64,000 nucleotides of DNA, from NCBI GenBank assembly GCA_951406725.2, contig OX597840.1, forward strand, positions 26,102,001 through 26,166,000, in the 5' to 3' direction. The position numbers and the translations under genes were made by a program. Positions 11,221 to 23,900 of the stretch are shown here, piece by piece (the stretch's first letter is position 1; every line of letters starts with the position of its first letter). Source of the stretch: Octopus vulgaris. Lineage: Eukaryota. The notes beneath the pieces are model-generated. The model was not told the DNA's origin, searched no databases, and was given only the letters and a program-made list of their open reading frames with translations.

Positions 11221-12552
11221 TTATGGATCAACTTCACAACGAATACACTTGTGTTTAATTGAGTGATATTTTGTGAGAATGATTCACCACATGTCACAGC
11301 GATATGGTTCCTCACCTGTATGAATACGCTTGTGTTTGGTTAAGCTACTGCTAACAGAGAATGATTTACCACAGATATCACAGTGGTATGGTTTCTCCCC
11401 TGTATGAATACGTGTATGTTGAGTTAAGTGACTGCTAACAGTGAATGATTTACCACAGATATTACAGTGATATGGTTTCTCTCCTGTATGAATACGTTTA
11501 TGTGCAGTCAAGTTACTGCCAACAGAGAATGATTTACCACAGATATCACAGTGGTATGGTTTCTCACCTGTATGAATACGCTTGTGTTTAGTTAAGCTGC
11601 TGTTTTCAGAGAAAGATTTGCCACAGATATCACAGGGATATGGTTTCTCCCCTGCATGAATACGCTTGTGTAAGGTTAAGCTACTGTTAACAGAGAAAGA
11701 TTTGCCACAGATATCACAGGGATATGGTTTCTCACCTGTATGAACACGTTTGTGTTTAGTTAAGGTATTGCCAGCAGAGAATGATTTACCACAGATATCA
11801 CAGCAATATGGTTCCTCACCTGTGTGAATACGTTTGTGTGCAGTGAAGTTACTGCTAACAGAGAATGATTTACCACAGATATCACAGGGATATGGTTTCT
11901 CACCTGTATGAACACGTTTGTGTTTAGTTAAGGTATTGCCAGCAGAGAATGATTTACCACAGATATCACAGCAATATGGTTCCTCACCTGTGTGAATACG
12001 TTTGTGTGTAGTGAAGTTACTGCTAAAAGAGAATGATTTACCACAGATATCACAGTGATATGGTTCCTCACCTGTGTGAATACGTTTATGTGCAGTCAAG
12101 GTACTGCCAACAGAGAATGATTCACCACAGATACCACAGTGATATGGTCTCTCACCTGTATGAATACGTTTGTGAGTAGTTAAGTTACCTTCTTGAGTGA
12201 ATGATTTACCACAGATATCACAGCAATATGGTTGCTCACCTGTGTGAATACGTTTGTGTGCAGTGAAGTTACTGCCAACAGAGAATGATTTACCACAAAT
12301 ATCACAGTGATATGGTTTCTTCCCTGTATGAATACGTTTGTGTACAGTCAAGGTACTGCTAAAAGAGAATGATTTACCACAGATATCACAGTGGTGTGGT
12401 TTCTCACCTGTATGAATACGTTTGTGGTTAGTAAAGCTACTGTGAAGAGAGAATGATTTACCACAGATATCACAGTGATATGGTTCTTGACTTGTATGAA
12501 TTTCTTGGTGTTTACTGGATTTACGTTTTTCTAAATATGACATTTTGTACAT
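11221..12552 (-). CDS. G2: C2H2 zinc-finger protein, 14 intact fingers, beta/B type; last degenerate finger frameshifted (ORF stops at 11284)
   Basis: 422-aa ORF. A 2-nt deletion near 11290 relative to G3 gives CDMW-stop. The homologue of the paralogous stop codon is at 11221-11223. Confidence 0.88.
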
Positions 12553-15059
12553 GCCACAGTCATATGATGAGTTTCCGTATTCCTCCGATATTTCTTCAAG
12601 AAAAATAAAATCAATCCTTCAAGTTGTACAGATCAACAACTTTTCAATAATATTTCTTCTCTCACCAAAATATATGGATATTTTGCTTTTATAGTTTATT
12701 CCAAACAAATATCACTTCTCTTATATTTCTTCTGAACATGATCATTGCCAATATTTAAAAATGTTGCAAATACTCTTTGGAAATCCATCAAAGTATATTT
12801 AAAAGAGAAAATTATCTCTTGCACATTTCAGACACAGAAGTAAAGAAATGCTTTCTCTCTCAGAGGAAATATTTTACTGTAATTTAGCAATGTTTTCTAG
12901 AAGCAGGATTATACGTTTGTAGAATATCTTTGCAGAGTCTTTCAAACATGATACATATTGATGATTCTTTAAAAGCAAAAAAATACTTTTTAGCCAATTT
13001 CATGTGATTTTCTGAAAGAATAGAAAAAATAATATAAGACATCAAGTATGTTTAAAAGGCAGATATTCAAAAGTGCAAATTTACGACATTTCTGTTTCCA
13101 TAAATTGTAGAAGTAATTCTTTATCTGAACTATTAAATTTATCCTATCACTCTATTTTCAATAGGTTTATATCAGGGAGTAGACACATGTAGTATAATAA
13201 CATCTCCTGGACATTAAGTCTGTCATAGACACACACCAATATACATGTCAATAACACTAGATATCTGATGTTTTCATCTCAGTTAGTAAATAATCAGTAT
13301 GGATGACTAACAGCATCAAAATCTTTTGTGGGGAATTTTTCATGTAGGAAAAAATATTGGTTGAGGTGGAGAAGGAAATTGGTGACAATCCTTCTCAATG
13401 GGGGCAAATGATGTAGTTTTAACATTAAATTATTCTCGTTTTCTTCTTTATTTTTAAATTCTTACACCTTACAATTAATGTTTCTCTTCCTTTTTACATC
13501 GCAAGGAAATATTGTTTATCGTGGTGAGTGAAAAATACAGCGATGCGTAATCACGGAGGTGTGAGTTCGAATCACATAGCCGGCCGCCAACACTTTTCTG
13601 CAAATTAGGGGTAGCTTATCCTGTTCAGGCTATATTATTAGCAATATCCTGCCTTTGAGAATTTAAAATCACTTCTTTAACTTCCTAAGACATCTCAAAG
13701 CTTCTAAAGCAGACTTCGTTTGTTTGTTTACGTTCATCGTAATTTGAATTTAAATATATATTTATTACGAAGAGAGAAAAGGATAACTTAGGTAATTAAA
13801 TGAAAATAACATAAAAACACAGAGTGCAATTCATATATAATGCCATAAATCCCAACAACGGACCATTTTTATTTAATATCTTCACTGCTAATTTTCGAGT
13901 AAAAGATTAAATAAACGGGTTTTTATATTTATTTTTGTCAAATTAGGTACTTTCTAGTGTTTCAATTCAAAGCCCTTTCATTTCGTCTGTAAACGATATT
14001 GCCTTTTCGTTTCAGTAATTCAAGTGCACAATCGTACTTTTATACATTCCCCATCTTTTGTTACAAATTACATCGTAATTATTAAAAGAACAGCCTTACT
14101 TTCATATAATTTCGTCTTTGCTTAGTGAGATTCTTTCTTTTGACTTATTCAACACATGGAAACAAACAGATGTACGTAATATGATACTTAATACAATAGA
14201 AATGTCTTTATAATACTTACATAGTAATTGATATAAAGAGAGAGTCAACGAGTCAGAGCGGACTCTGACAGCTTCAAGAGAATTTCTTCCTTTCTCACAA
14301 CGAACGTTACTTCATATTTCGCAGGTCAATGTAATAAAAAATGCTGTATCTGTTTGTTTAGACAGTTAATTACCAATCATTTGTATATATTTGATTGGGT
14401 TTTCTCTTAAATATCAGTTGTCAAGTGGAACTGATCAAACAATCAAGGTGCGTGAGAAACAAGAGCAAGAAATACAATTAAGTAGGAAGGATTTGGAAAA
14501 GGGGAACTAACTCCTGTCTTTAAATAATTTCGGCTCTACTTTATATTTTATTTATTTTTATTTAATTTAGTTTCAGCTCACAAGCTGTGGCCATGCTGGG
14601 GCACCGCCATTTATATATATATATTTCATATTTTTTGAAAGCGTTTCTTTGAAAATTCTTCCTCATAAATCACAATTACTGTCGGTACCACTTACACAAA
14701 GATGGCACCGACATTTTATGCACAATTATATACACTCAGCTCCCATAAAATAAATATTCACTCTTATTTTTCCATTTTGACCATAAACAGATAAAATTAC
14801 ATTTTGAAATTGAAATGCTCAAATTTTTCTCCTAGAAAACAAAAATTGTATAGTAAAATATAGGAGTCACAATTTCATGTGAGTAAAAAATTAAAGGAAC
14901 ATGGCATACACTGAAAACCGTATCATTGGTAACTTATAAGCCAAGGTGATGGGTCAGAGCCAATACACATTTCAATTTGTAGGTGATACAAAAATTTATT
15001 TCAATGAAAAGACAAAACCGTTTTCACTATGCACTCACCACCATATCTGTCTGTGTGTA

Positions 15060-16022
15060 TTATTTTTGTGGGAGGTTTGGATAATATTTTTTGCAGAGTA
15101 ATTACAAATCACATAAGGACAATAGAGAAGACTTTGATATTATTTATTCAGCATTACATGTGTTTCATTTCCTAATAGGAATCACAAACATTTACACGTA
15201 GAGAAAACATGTAAGATATTTCCTATAAGAAATTCTTCAGACATACATATGTGTGTGTGTATGTGTGTGGACCCTTGTCCAGATATTATGTGATGTTCGT
15301 AAAGGGCCATCATGACCATCATACTTGTGCAGTTGTTCACTTCTAGCCTTCTGCATAAAATATGTCTCACCATATTTTATAGAAAATATTTCCTTGCTTG
15401 GAAACAGGTGAAGATTGGTCACAAGAAAGGGACCCAGATGTAGAAAATCTCCATCAATGAATTCCATCCGATCCACAGAAGCATGAATAGGAGAATTTTA
15501 AATGATGAGGATCATCATCATCATCGTGGTTCCTCTTCTGTATCAATGCATTTACATTTCAATAATTGATCATTTTCGTAGATTGATTTAGCACGAATAG
15601 CTTAGGTTACAGTTATATCTTTCATATTAATAGGACTGTGTACAAACAATTCACCATTTCGAAAGAATGATTCAGGTTTAACATCAAAGTGATATGTTTT
15701 CCTTCCTCCGTCAATGTTCTTTTGATTCAATAATGGATAATTTCAAATTCTCGTACGCAAAAATTTCTGAAAATTCCCCAAAATAAAAATATGTGACGAG
15801 GGATTATATTAGGTGTTTAAAGCAGCACTCCACACACACACAAATTAAATAAATTAGAAAAACATATTAATTCTAAATTTTAATGATGCAGAAGAACCAT
15901 CAGAAATAAAGACTTCCTATCTCTCAAATAGAAGCCGATCCATTTCCTCTCGTTACGATATTTGCTTTTCGTTTCAGTATTTCGAGTGCACACTCGTATT
16001 TTTATACATTCCCCATTTCTTA
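15060..16022 (-). pseudogene. CDS-less ZNF gene relic (intron-1 piece fused directly to a 3' UTR)
   Basis: 15745-16022 is the reverse complement of G1 intron ~1230-1505. 15060-15745 is a ZNF 3' UTR with its AATAAA. Copies at 35910-36770 (-) and 52540-53490 (+). Confidence 0.7.
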
Positions 16023-17310
16023 CAAAGACAAGACGTTTGTTCTGAGTTAATTCTTCCTAATTTTGTTGCTCCGTATGCATGTGTATTGCTTGATCAGTTC
16101 CACTTTACAACTGATATTGAAGAGAAAATCTAATTAAATAGACACGTGATTGGTAATTAAGTGTCTAAAGAAACAGATGCAGCATTTTTTTATATTATGT
16201 TGACCTGTTAAATATGAATATTCGTCGCAAAAATTCTCTTGAAGCTGTCACTGTCCACTCTAACTTTTCCCTGATTCAACATATTCTCATATTTTCATCG
16301 TTGACTCTCTCTGAATATATATTACTATGTAAGTATATTTCTATTGTATATGTATCATATTACGTACGTCTGTTTGTTTCGATGTGTTGAGTAAGTTACA
16401 AGAAAGAATCTCACTAAACAAAGACGAAATAGCGGAGGTAAAGGGCATGGACCGCACCTACCTTTCTTTAATTTTTTGGCGATGGAAACCCACTTTTTCA
16501 ACTTCCGTGAGGCTGTTCTTTCAATACTTCCGTTGTGTTCTCCTTTACATTCAGATATTTCATTGCATCTTTCCTTATTTCCTATATTATTTGTTAACGT
16601 CCGATGGATACCTTGTGTAGATAACTTTTCTCTTTCTTCCTCACATGTAAATTCCGCGGGAAAATTACGATGTAATTTATAAGACATGCGGAATGTATAA
16701 AAATACGAGTGTGCACTTGAAATACTGAAACGAAAAGTAAATATTGTATACAGAAGAAATGGAACGGATTTTATTTAAAACCTAGGAAGTCTTTATTTCC
16801 GAAGGTTCTTCTCCATCATTACAACTTACAATTAATATCTATTTTTCAAAGGAATCTTTCTTTAAGCACCCAATGTAACCGCTTATCACATATTTTTATT
16901 TTGGGGGAATTTTCAGAAAATTTCTGCGTATTTCTGCTGTACATGCAAGGATTCAAACGGTTATGAAACCAACAAAGAAGGGAAAAAACCGATTGAAGAG
17001 CAGTTTAGCTGTTATTTATCGCGCACCCCACGACCACCTGATACCTTCCGAGTTTCTTTCTCACTCTTACGTGCTAATGTTTTTCGATATCTTTTTTCAC
17101 ATAAACACATTCAATGGTCCGTTGTTGGGATTTATGGCATTATATATGAATTGCACTCTGTGTTTTTATGTTATTTTCAATTAATTACCTAAGTTATCCT
17201 TTTCTCTCTTCGTAATAAATATATATTTAAATTCAAATTACGATGAACGTAAACAAACAAACGAAGTTTGCTTTAGAAGCTTTTGAGATGTCTTAGGAAG
17301 TTAAAGAAGT

Positions 17311-17853
17311 TGTAACGATCTTAGTGTGAATATCTTCTCTGGACCTTTTGGGGGTGCGAGAAGCAATCACTTTCCGTTGCTTTAATAATCCAGATTCTCT
17401 ACCAGTCAGAAACAACAAGACGCAGACGTAAATAATATATATCTACTTTATTCTCTTATGTGGTAACCGATAATTGGTGTATCTGGCATCCCTTTGGTAT
17501 AGATGTGTCTCAGCTGAACCTTATCGCTGTAAAATAAGAAAGTGTTCAAATGCAAAACGACACTTGTCAAAGAAAGGAAGATGATGTAGTCTGCAACAAT
17601 TTGGTTAAAAGCTTTCGGTATAGGCTGCTGCTAGAATCAAATTGGGACGGAGAGAATATACGTGTTGTACCTTCGATAGCCATGTCTCAAGTCGCTGCTG
17701 ACTGCTGCTAGTGGTCAAACGTTCTACGATCCCCTTGCCTCGGCTAACTGCCACGTAGGCAAAAGGTCCTACTTCCGGTGGTGAAAGCACCAAGCCCGCA
17801 CGCGCGAAACAGGAATGGACGGTGCGCGCGCGCCGCTGTATAGCGTCACTACA
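17311..17853 (-). mobile_element. Solo LTR (Ty3/Gypsy-like) in the G3 intron
   Basis: TGT...ACA termini, 4-bp TSD AAGT and AATAAA on the minus strand near 17450. Empty sites (aagaagtgatttt) at about 38037 and 13672. Confidence 0.85.
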
Positions 17854-19100
17854 AAGTGATTTTAAATTCTCAAAGGCAGGATATTGCTAATAATATAGCC
17901 TGAACAGGATAAGCTACCCCTATTTTGCAGAAAAGTGTTGGCGGCCGGCTATGTGATTCGAACTCACACCTCCGTGATTACGCATCGCTGTATTTTTCAC
18001 TCACCACGATAAACAATATTTCCTTGCGATGTAAAAAGGAAGAGAAACATTAATTGTAAGGTGTAAGAATTTAAAAATAAAGAAGAAAACGAGAATAATT
18101 TAATGTTAAAACTACATCATTTGCCCCCATTGAGAAGGATTGTCACCAATTTCCTTCTCCACCTCAACCAATATTTTTTCCTACGTCAAAAATTCCCCAC
18201 AAAAGATTTTGATGCTGTTAGTCATCCATACTGATTATTTGCTGACTGTTATTCATGTTTCATATTCAACAGAATATTGACATTAAGCTTCCTGTATGTG
18301 TGTATTTATAAATGTACGGAAAGAGGCAGGGGAGGTGTGATATCTCTTTTACGACACATGACTGAGATGAAAACATCAGATATCTAGTGTTATTGACATG
18401 TATATTGGTGTGTGTCTATGACAGACTTAATGTCCAGGAGATGTTATTATACTACACATATCTACTCCCTGATATAAACTTCTTGAAAACAGAGAGATGG
18501 GATAAATTTAATAGTTCAGATAAAGAATTACTTCTAAAATCTTTGAAAACAGAAATGTCGTAAATTTACACTTTTGAATATCTGCCTTTTAAACATACTT
18601 GATGTCTTCTATTATTTTTTCTATTCTTTCAGAAAATCACATGAAATTGGCTAAAAAGTAATTTTTACTTTTAAGGAATCATCAATATGTATCATGTTTG
18701 AAAGACTCTGCAAAGATATTCTACAAACGTATAATCCTGCTTCTAGAAAACATTGCTGAATTACAGTAAAATATTTCCTCTGAGAGAGAAAGCATTTCTT
18801 TACTTCTGTGTCTGAAATGTGCAAGAGATAATTTTCTCTTTTAAATATACTTTGATAGATTTCCAAAGAGTATTTGCAACATTTTTAAATATTGGCAATG
18901 ATCACATTTACAAGAAATATAAGAGAAGTGATATTTGTTTGGAATAAACTATAAAAGCAAAAAGAAGCAAAATATCCATATATTTTGGTGAGAGAAGAAA
19001 TATTATTGAAAAGTTGTTGATCTGTACAACTTGAAGGATTGATTTTATTTTTCTTGAAGAAATATCGGAGGAATACGGAAACTCATCATATGACTGTGGC

Positions 19101-20939
19101 ATGTACAAAATGTCATTTTTAGAAAAACGTAAATCCAGTAAACACCAAGAAATTCATACAAGTCAAGAACCATATCACTGTGATATCTGTGGTAAATCAT
19201 TCTCTCTTCACAGTAGCTTTACTAACCACAAACGTATTCATACAGGGAAGAAACCATATCGCTGTGATATCTGTGGTAAATCATTCTCTCTTCACAGTAG
19301 CTTTACTAACCACAAACGTATTCATACAGGTGAGAGACCATACCACTGTGATATCTGTGGTAAATCATTCTCTTTTAGCAGTACCTTGACTGTACACAAA
19401 CGTATTCATACAGGGAAGAAACCATATCACTGTGATATCTGTGGTAAATCATTCTCTGTTGGCAGTACCTTGACTGCACATAAACGTATTCACACAGGTG
19501 AGGAACCATATTGCTGTGATATCTGTGGTAAATCATTCACTCAAGAAGGTAACTTAACTACTCACAAACGTATTCATACAGGTGAGAGACCATATCACTG
19601 TGGTATCTGTGGTGAATCATTCTCTGTTGGCAGTACCTTGACTGCACATAAACGTATTCACACAGGTGAGGAACCATATCACTGTGATATCTGTGGTAAA
19701 TCATTCTCTTTTAGCAGTAACTTCACTACACACAAACGTATTCACACAGGTGAGGAACCATATTGCTGTGATATCTGTGGTAAATCATTCTCTGCTGGCA
19801 ATACCTTAACTAAACACAAACGTGTTCATACAGGTGAGAAACCATATCCCTGTGATATCTGTGGTAAATCATTCTCTGTTAGCAGTAACTTCACTGCACA
19901 CAAACGTATTCACACAGGTGAGGAACCATATTGCTGTGATATCTGTGGTAAATCATTCTCTGCTGGCAATACCTTAACTAAACACAAACGTGTTCATACA
20001 GGTGAGAAACCATATCCCTGTGATATCTGTGGTAAATCATTCTCTTTTAGCAGTAACTTCACTGCACACAAACGTATTCACACAGGTGAGGAACCATATT
20101 GCTGTGATATCTGTGGTAAATCATTCTCTGCTGGCAATACCTTAACTAAACACAAACGTGTTCATACAGGTGAGAAACCATATCCCTGTGATATCTGTGG
20201 CAAATCTTTCTCTGTTAACATTAGCTTAACCACACACAAGCGTATTCATGCAGGGAAGAAACCATATCCCTGTGATATCTGTGGCAAATCTTTCTCTGGA
20301 AACGGCAGTTTAACTAAACACAAGCGTATTCATACAGGTGAGAAACCATACCACTGTGATATCTGTGGTAAATCATTCTCTGTTGGCTGTAACTTGACTG
20401 CACATAAACGTATTCATACAGGAGAGAAACCATATCACTGTAATATCTGTGGTAAATCATTCACTGTTAGCAGTCACTTAACTCAACATACACGTATTCA
20501 TACAGGGGAGAAACCATACCGCTGTGATATCTGTGGTAAATCATTCTGTGTTAGCAGTAGCTTAACCAAACACAAGCGTATTCATACAGGTGAGGAACCA
20601 TATCGCTGTGATATCTGTGGCAAATCTTTCTCTGAAAACAGCAGCTTAACTAAACACAAGCGTATTCATACCGGTGAGAAACCATACCACTGTGATATCT
20701 GTGGTAAATCATTCTCTGTTGGCAGTAACTTGACTGCACATAAACGTATTCATACAGGAGAGAAACCATATCACTGTAATATCTGTGGTAAATCATTCTC
20801 TATTGGCAGTAACTTGACTGCACATAAACATATTCACACAGGTGAGGAACCATATCGCTGTGACATCTGTGGTGAATCATTCTCACAAAAACATCACTCA
20901 ATTAAACACAAGTGTATTCGTTGTGAAGTTGATGCATAA
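19101..20939 (+). CDS. G3: C2H2 zinc-finger protein, 20 fingers plus 1 degenerate, beta/B type
   Basis: Uninterrupted 612-aa ORF of 28-aa finger repeats ending KHKCIRCEVDA. Confidence 0.93.
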   Translation: MYKMSFLEKRKSSKHQEIHTSQEPYHCDICGKSFSLHSSFTNHKRIHTGKKPYRCDICGKSFSLHSSFTNHKRIHTGERPYHCDICGKSFSFSSTLTVHKRIHTGKKPYHCDICGKSFSVGSTLTAHKRIHTGEEPYCCDICGKSFTQEGNLTTHKRIHTGERPYHCGICGESFSVGSTLTAHKRIHTGEEPYHCDICGKSFSFSSNFTTHKRIHTGEEPYCCDICGKSFSAGNTLTKHKRVHTGEKPYPCDICGKSFSVSSNFTAHKRIHTGEEPYCCDICGKSFSAGNTLTKHKRVHTGEKPYPCDICGKSFSFSSNFTAHKRIHTGEEPYCCDICGKSFSAGNTLTKHKRVHTGEKPYPCDICGKSFSVNISLTTHKRIHAGKKPYPCDICGKSFSGNGSLTKHKRIHTGEKPYHCDICGKSFSVGCNLTAHKRIHTGEKPYHCNICGKSFTVSSHLTQHTRIHTGEKPYRCDICGKSFCVSSSLTKHKRIHTGEEPYRCDICGKSFSENSSLTKHKRIHTGEKPYHCDICGKSFSVGSNLTAHKRIHTGEKPYHCNICGKSFSIGSNLTAHKHIHTGEEPYRCDICGESFSQKHHSIKHKCIRCEVDA

Positions 20940-23900
20940 CACAGTGACATTGGTTGTATAACATTCCTTCAGAAGGACAAGTTTGTATCTCATAAAACCC
21001 TCTACACAAGAAAGAAACTATATCAATGTGATATCAATGGTAAGCCTTTCATTTGAAATGATCCATTAACAAATCGAAAGAGCATTGACAGAGGAAGGAA
21101 AACATATCACTGTGATAGCAGTGTTTAATCATTCTATCAAAATGGAGAATTCTACACAGTCATATTAATATGAAAGAGAAAACCATGCCCTAAGACATTT
21201 GTGCTAAGTCAATCTATGAAAATGATCAATTATTAAAACATAACTACATTCATACAGAAGAGGAACCATATCACTACAAAGATGATAATCATCATCATTT
21301 AAAATTCGCTTTTCCATGCTCCAATGGATCAGATGGAATTCATTGATGGAGATTTTCCTGGGCTGGGTACCCTTTCTTGTCACCAATCTTCACCTGTTTC
21401 CAAGCAAGGAAATATTTTCCCTGGTGAGACATATTTTACACAGAGGACTGGAAATGAACAACTGCACAAGTATGACGGTCATGATGGCCATTTACGGACA
21501 TCACATAATGTCTGTACAAGGATACACTCACTTGTGCATACACACACACACGTGTATATATGTATGTATGAAGAATTTCTAATAGGAGATATTTTTCATG
21601 TTTTCTCTTTGTCTAAAAGTTTGTAATTCCTATTAGGTAATGAAACACATGTAATGCTGAATAAATACTATCAAACTGTTTTCCAGTCTTCTTATGTGAT
21701 ATGTAATTACTCTGCAAAAAATATCCAAACCTCAGACAAAAATGATATTTATGTATATATATAATAACCAGCTTGTTTGTACAGCTGTTATGCTTTCATT
21801 AGATTAGTGGAATAAATGAGGGGTGGGGACAGAAGTGGAGAAAAGGGAGGGAGAAATAGAGTAAGGTGATCTTATAATAATTCTGCTTCTCATTCTGTTA
21901 CTTAGCTCGTCAGTAACACTTTCATGTTATTAGAGAAAAGGGGGTAGAGAGAGAAAAGATGATAAGTCAAAGAGTGAGACAAATAGAGAAAGAAAAAAAA
22001 GGAGAGACAAAAAGACTAGGAAAGAAGCAAGCATGACATGTGATGGGGGGAATGTAATAGTTATTTTATGGTTAAAAAAGCTAGCTGAAGGTTGTGATAT
22101 AGAGAAGAGTTAGAAATATAATCTTAGCAGAGGGGTGATGTTCTGATGGTGAGATTAAAGAAAGGCAGAGAGAGAGAGATGATGGTGGTGGTGTGTTGAT
22201 AGGGAAAAGGAATTTCTTTTTTTTATAGAGACCATCACTCAACACTTGCACTTCTGTGCAATTATTTATCGTCTTCTCACTTAAGAGATTGATATTTGTT
22301 TCTAAGGATTAATTTAGCCTAAACTATGGATTCACAAGAGACACATTTGCAAGCTGCCTGAGAAAAGATGCACAGATCTAGAGCATGGAACACTAAGAAG
22401 ATATAATAAAAAAGATGGCACTGATGGTGTTGTGAGGAATTGGATGTAGACAGATGCCAAGTATATTCAAAGAAAGCTAAAGCTATGAATGCTATAAAAA
22501 TGCAAATCATCCTCTCTTTCTTAAATAGGTCCTCTTAATTTTTTTCATTCTGTAGAATTTACATGGGTCCCACTAGTAATTAATAAGAAACTAAAGTGGC
22601 GAACTGGCAGGGTCGTTAGCACATTGGGGAAAATGCTTAGCTGTGGTTCTTCTGACATGACAATTGCATTTAAATTCTGCCAAGGTGGACTTTGTCTTTC
22701 GTCCTTTTGGCGGTTGGTGGAAATAAGCAACAGTTGAGCACTGGAATCGACATATTCAACTTAACATACACACACACACACCCGTAGAATTGCTGGCCTT
22801 GTGCCAAAATTTGAAAACAGTACGAACATTAATGTCGACTTCTTGCTCTTACCTGTGATAATGCTAGAAGCACGTTGGCTTGCTTCAGTAGGTTCTGTTG
22901 AACCTTGGTGTGTGGCCAACTGAGGAATTCTATCAAAGACTTTCTCCAGGCCAACAAGTGCCAAGTATAATGGTTTATTCACAACTAAATACTTGTCTTG
23001 CAGTTGTAAGTAGGCAGACCTCTACACACACACACACACATATATTACATTAAAAATGAACTTCAATCTTGCTTCCAATGTTACATAGCCAAAATGGCAC
23101 ATAATGGGGAAAAGACTAAGAATTAAGACTTTCCTGAAATGTGAATACAAACGGAATAAAACAAGTTTCGCATGAATTGGACAACTGGTTCTTGAGATAT
23201 TAGGAGTTTTGGTGGGTATGAATACCCAAAACAGTGCATATTGGGAAAATACACCAAAAATAACTTAACACTAAAGAGGAAGAATTTCTAGCCTTTCGGT
23301 TAGACACATTATGACTAACTTGCCAACAAAAAAAGTTGTTTTTACAGGAAATGTTTCTATATTTTAACTTTCTTTAAACAGACAATTTTATTTATTTTTT
23401 TATTATTTTCAATTGAATACCATTACGAAAATTGTTTTGGCATATTTAAAAAATATTTTAAAGTGAAGATGGCTTTAGAAATACCGTAAATATTTTGTAA
23501 AAGACCTGTTCATAACCTCACTTTGAAATAAATTCTTTCCATAGGTTTTTTTTCAAATGCATTCAATGTATCTCACCTCCAAAGATTTGGTTGCTATTTC
23601 TAGCATGCCCTGTTACCATATAACAGATATTTACGCAAAATAGCTGTTACGTGGTAGGAGCGCATGCAAGAAATAGCAGCCGAACCTTTCTTTTTCTAAG
23701 GAAAGGAGCCGTTTACGTGTGATTTCAAGGCCACATACATTGAAAGCATGGAAAATAACCCAGAAAAAAAACAAAACAAAACTCTGTTGGTGGGGAAACT
23801 CCAAGGTCCCCCACCACCCTCCCCCTTTCTTTTCCGGAAGAATGTGGCGGGTGGTGGGTTTGGACTGAGCATCGTTGAATGCACTCAAAAAAACGTGTGG

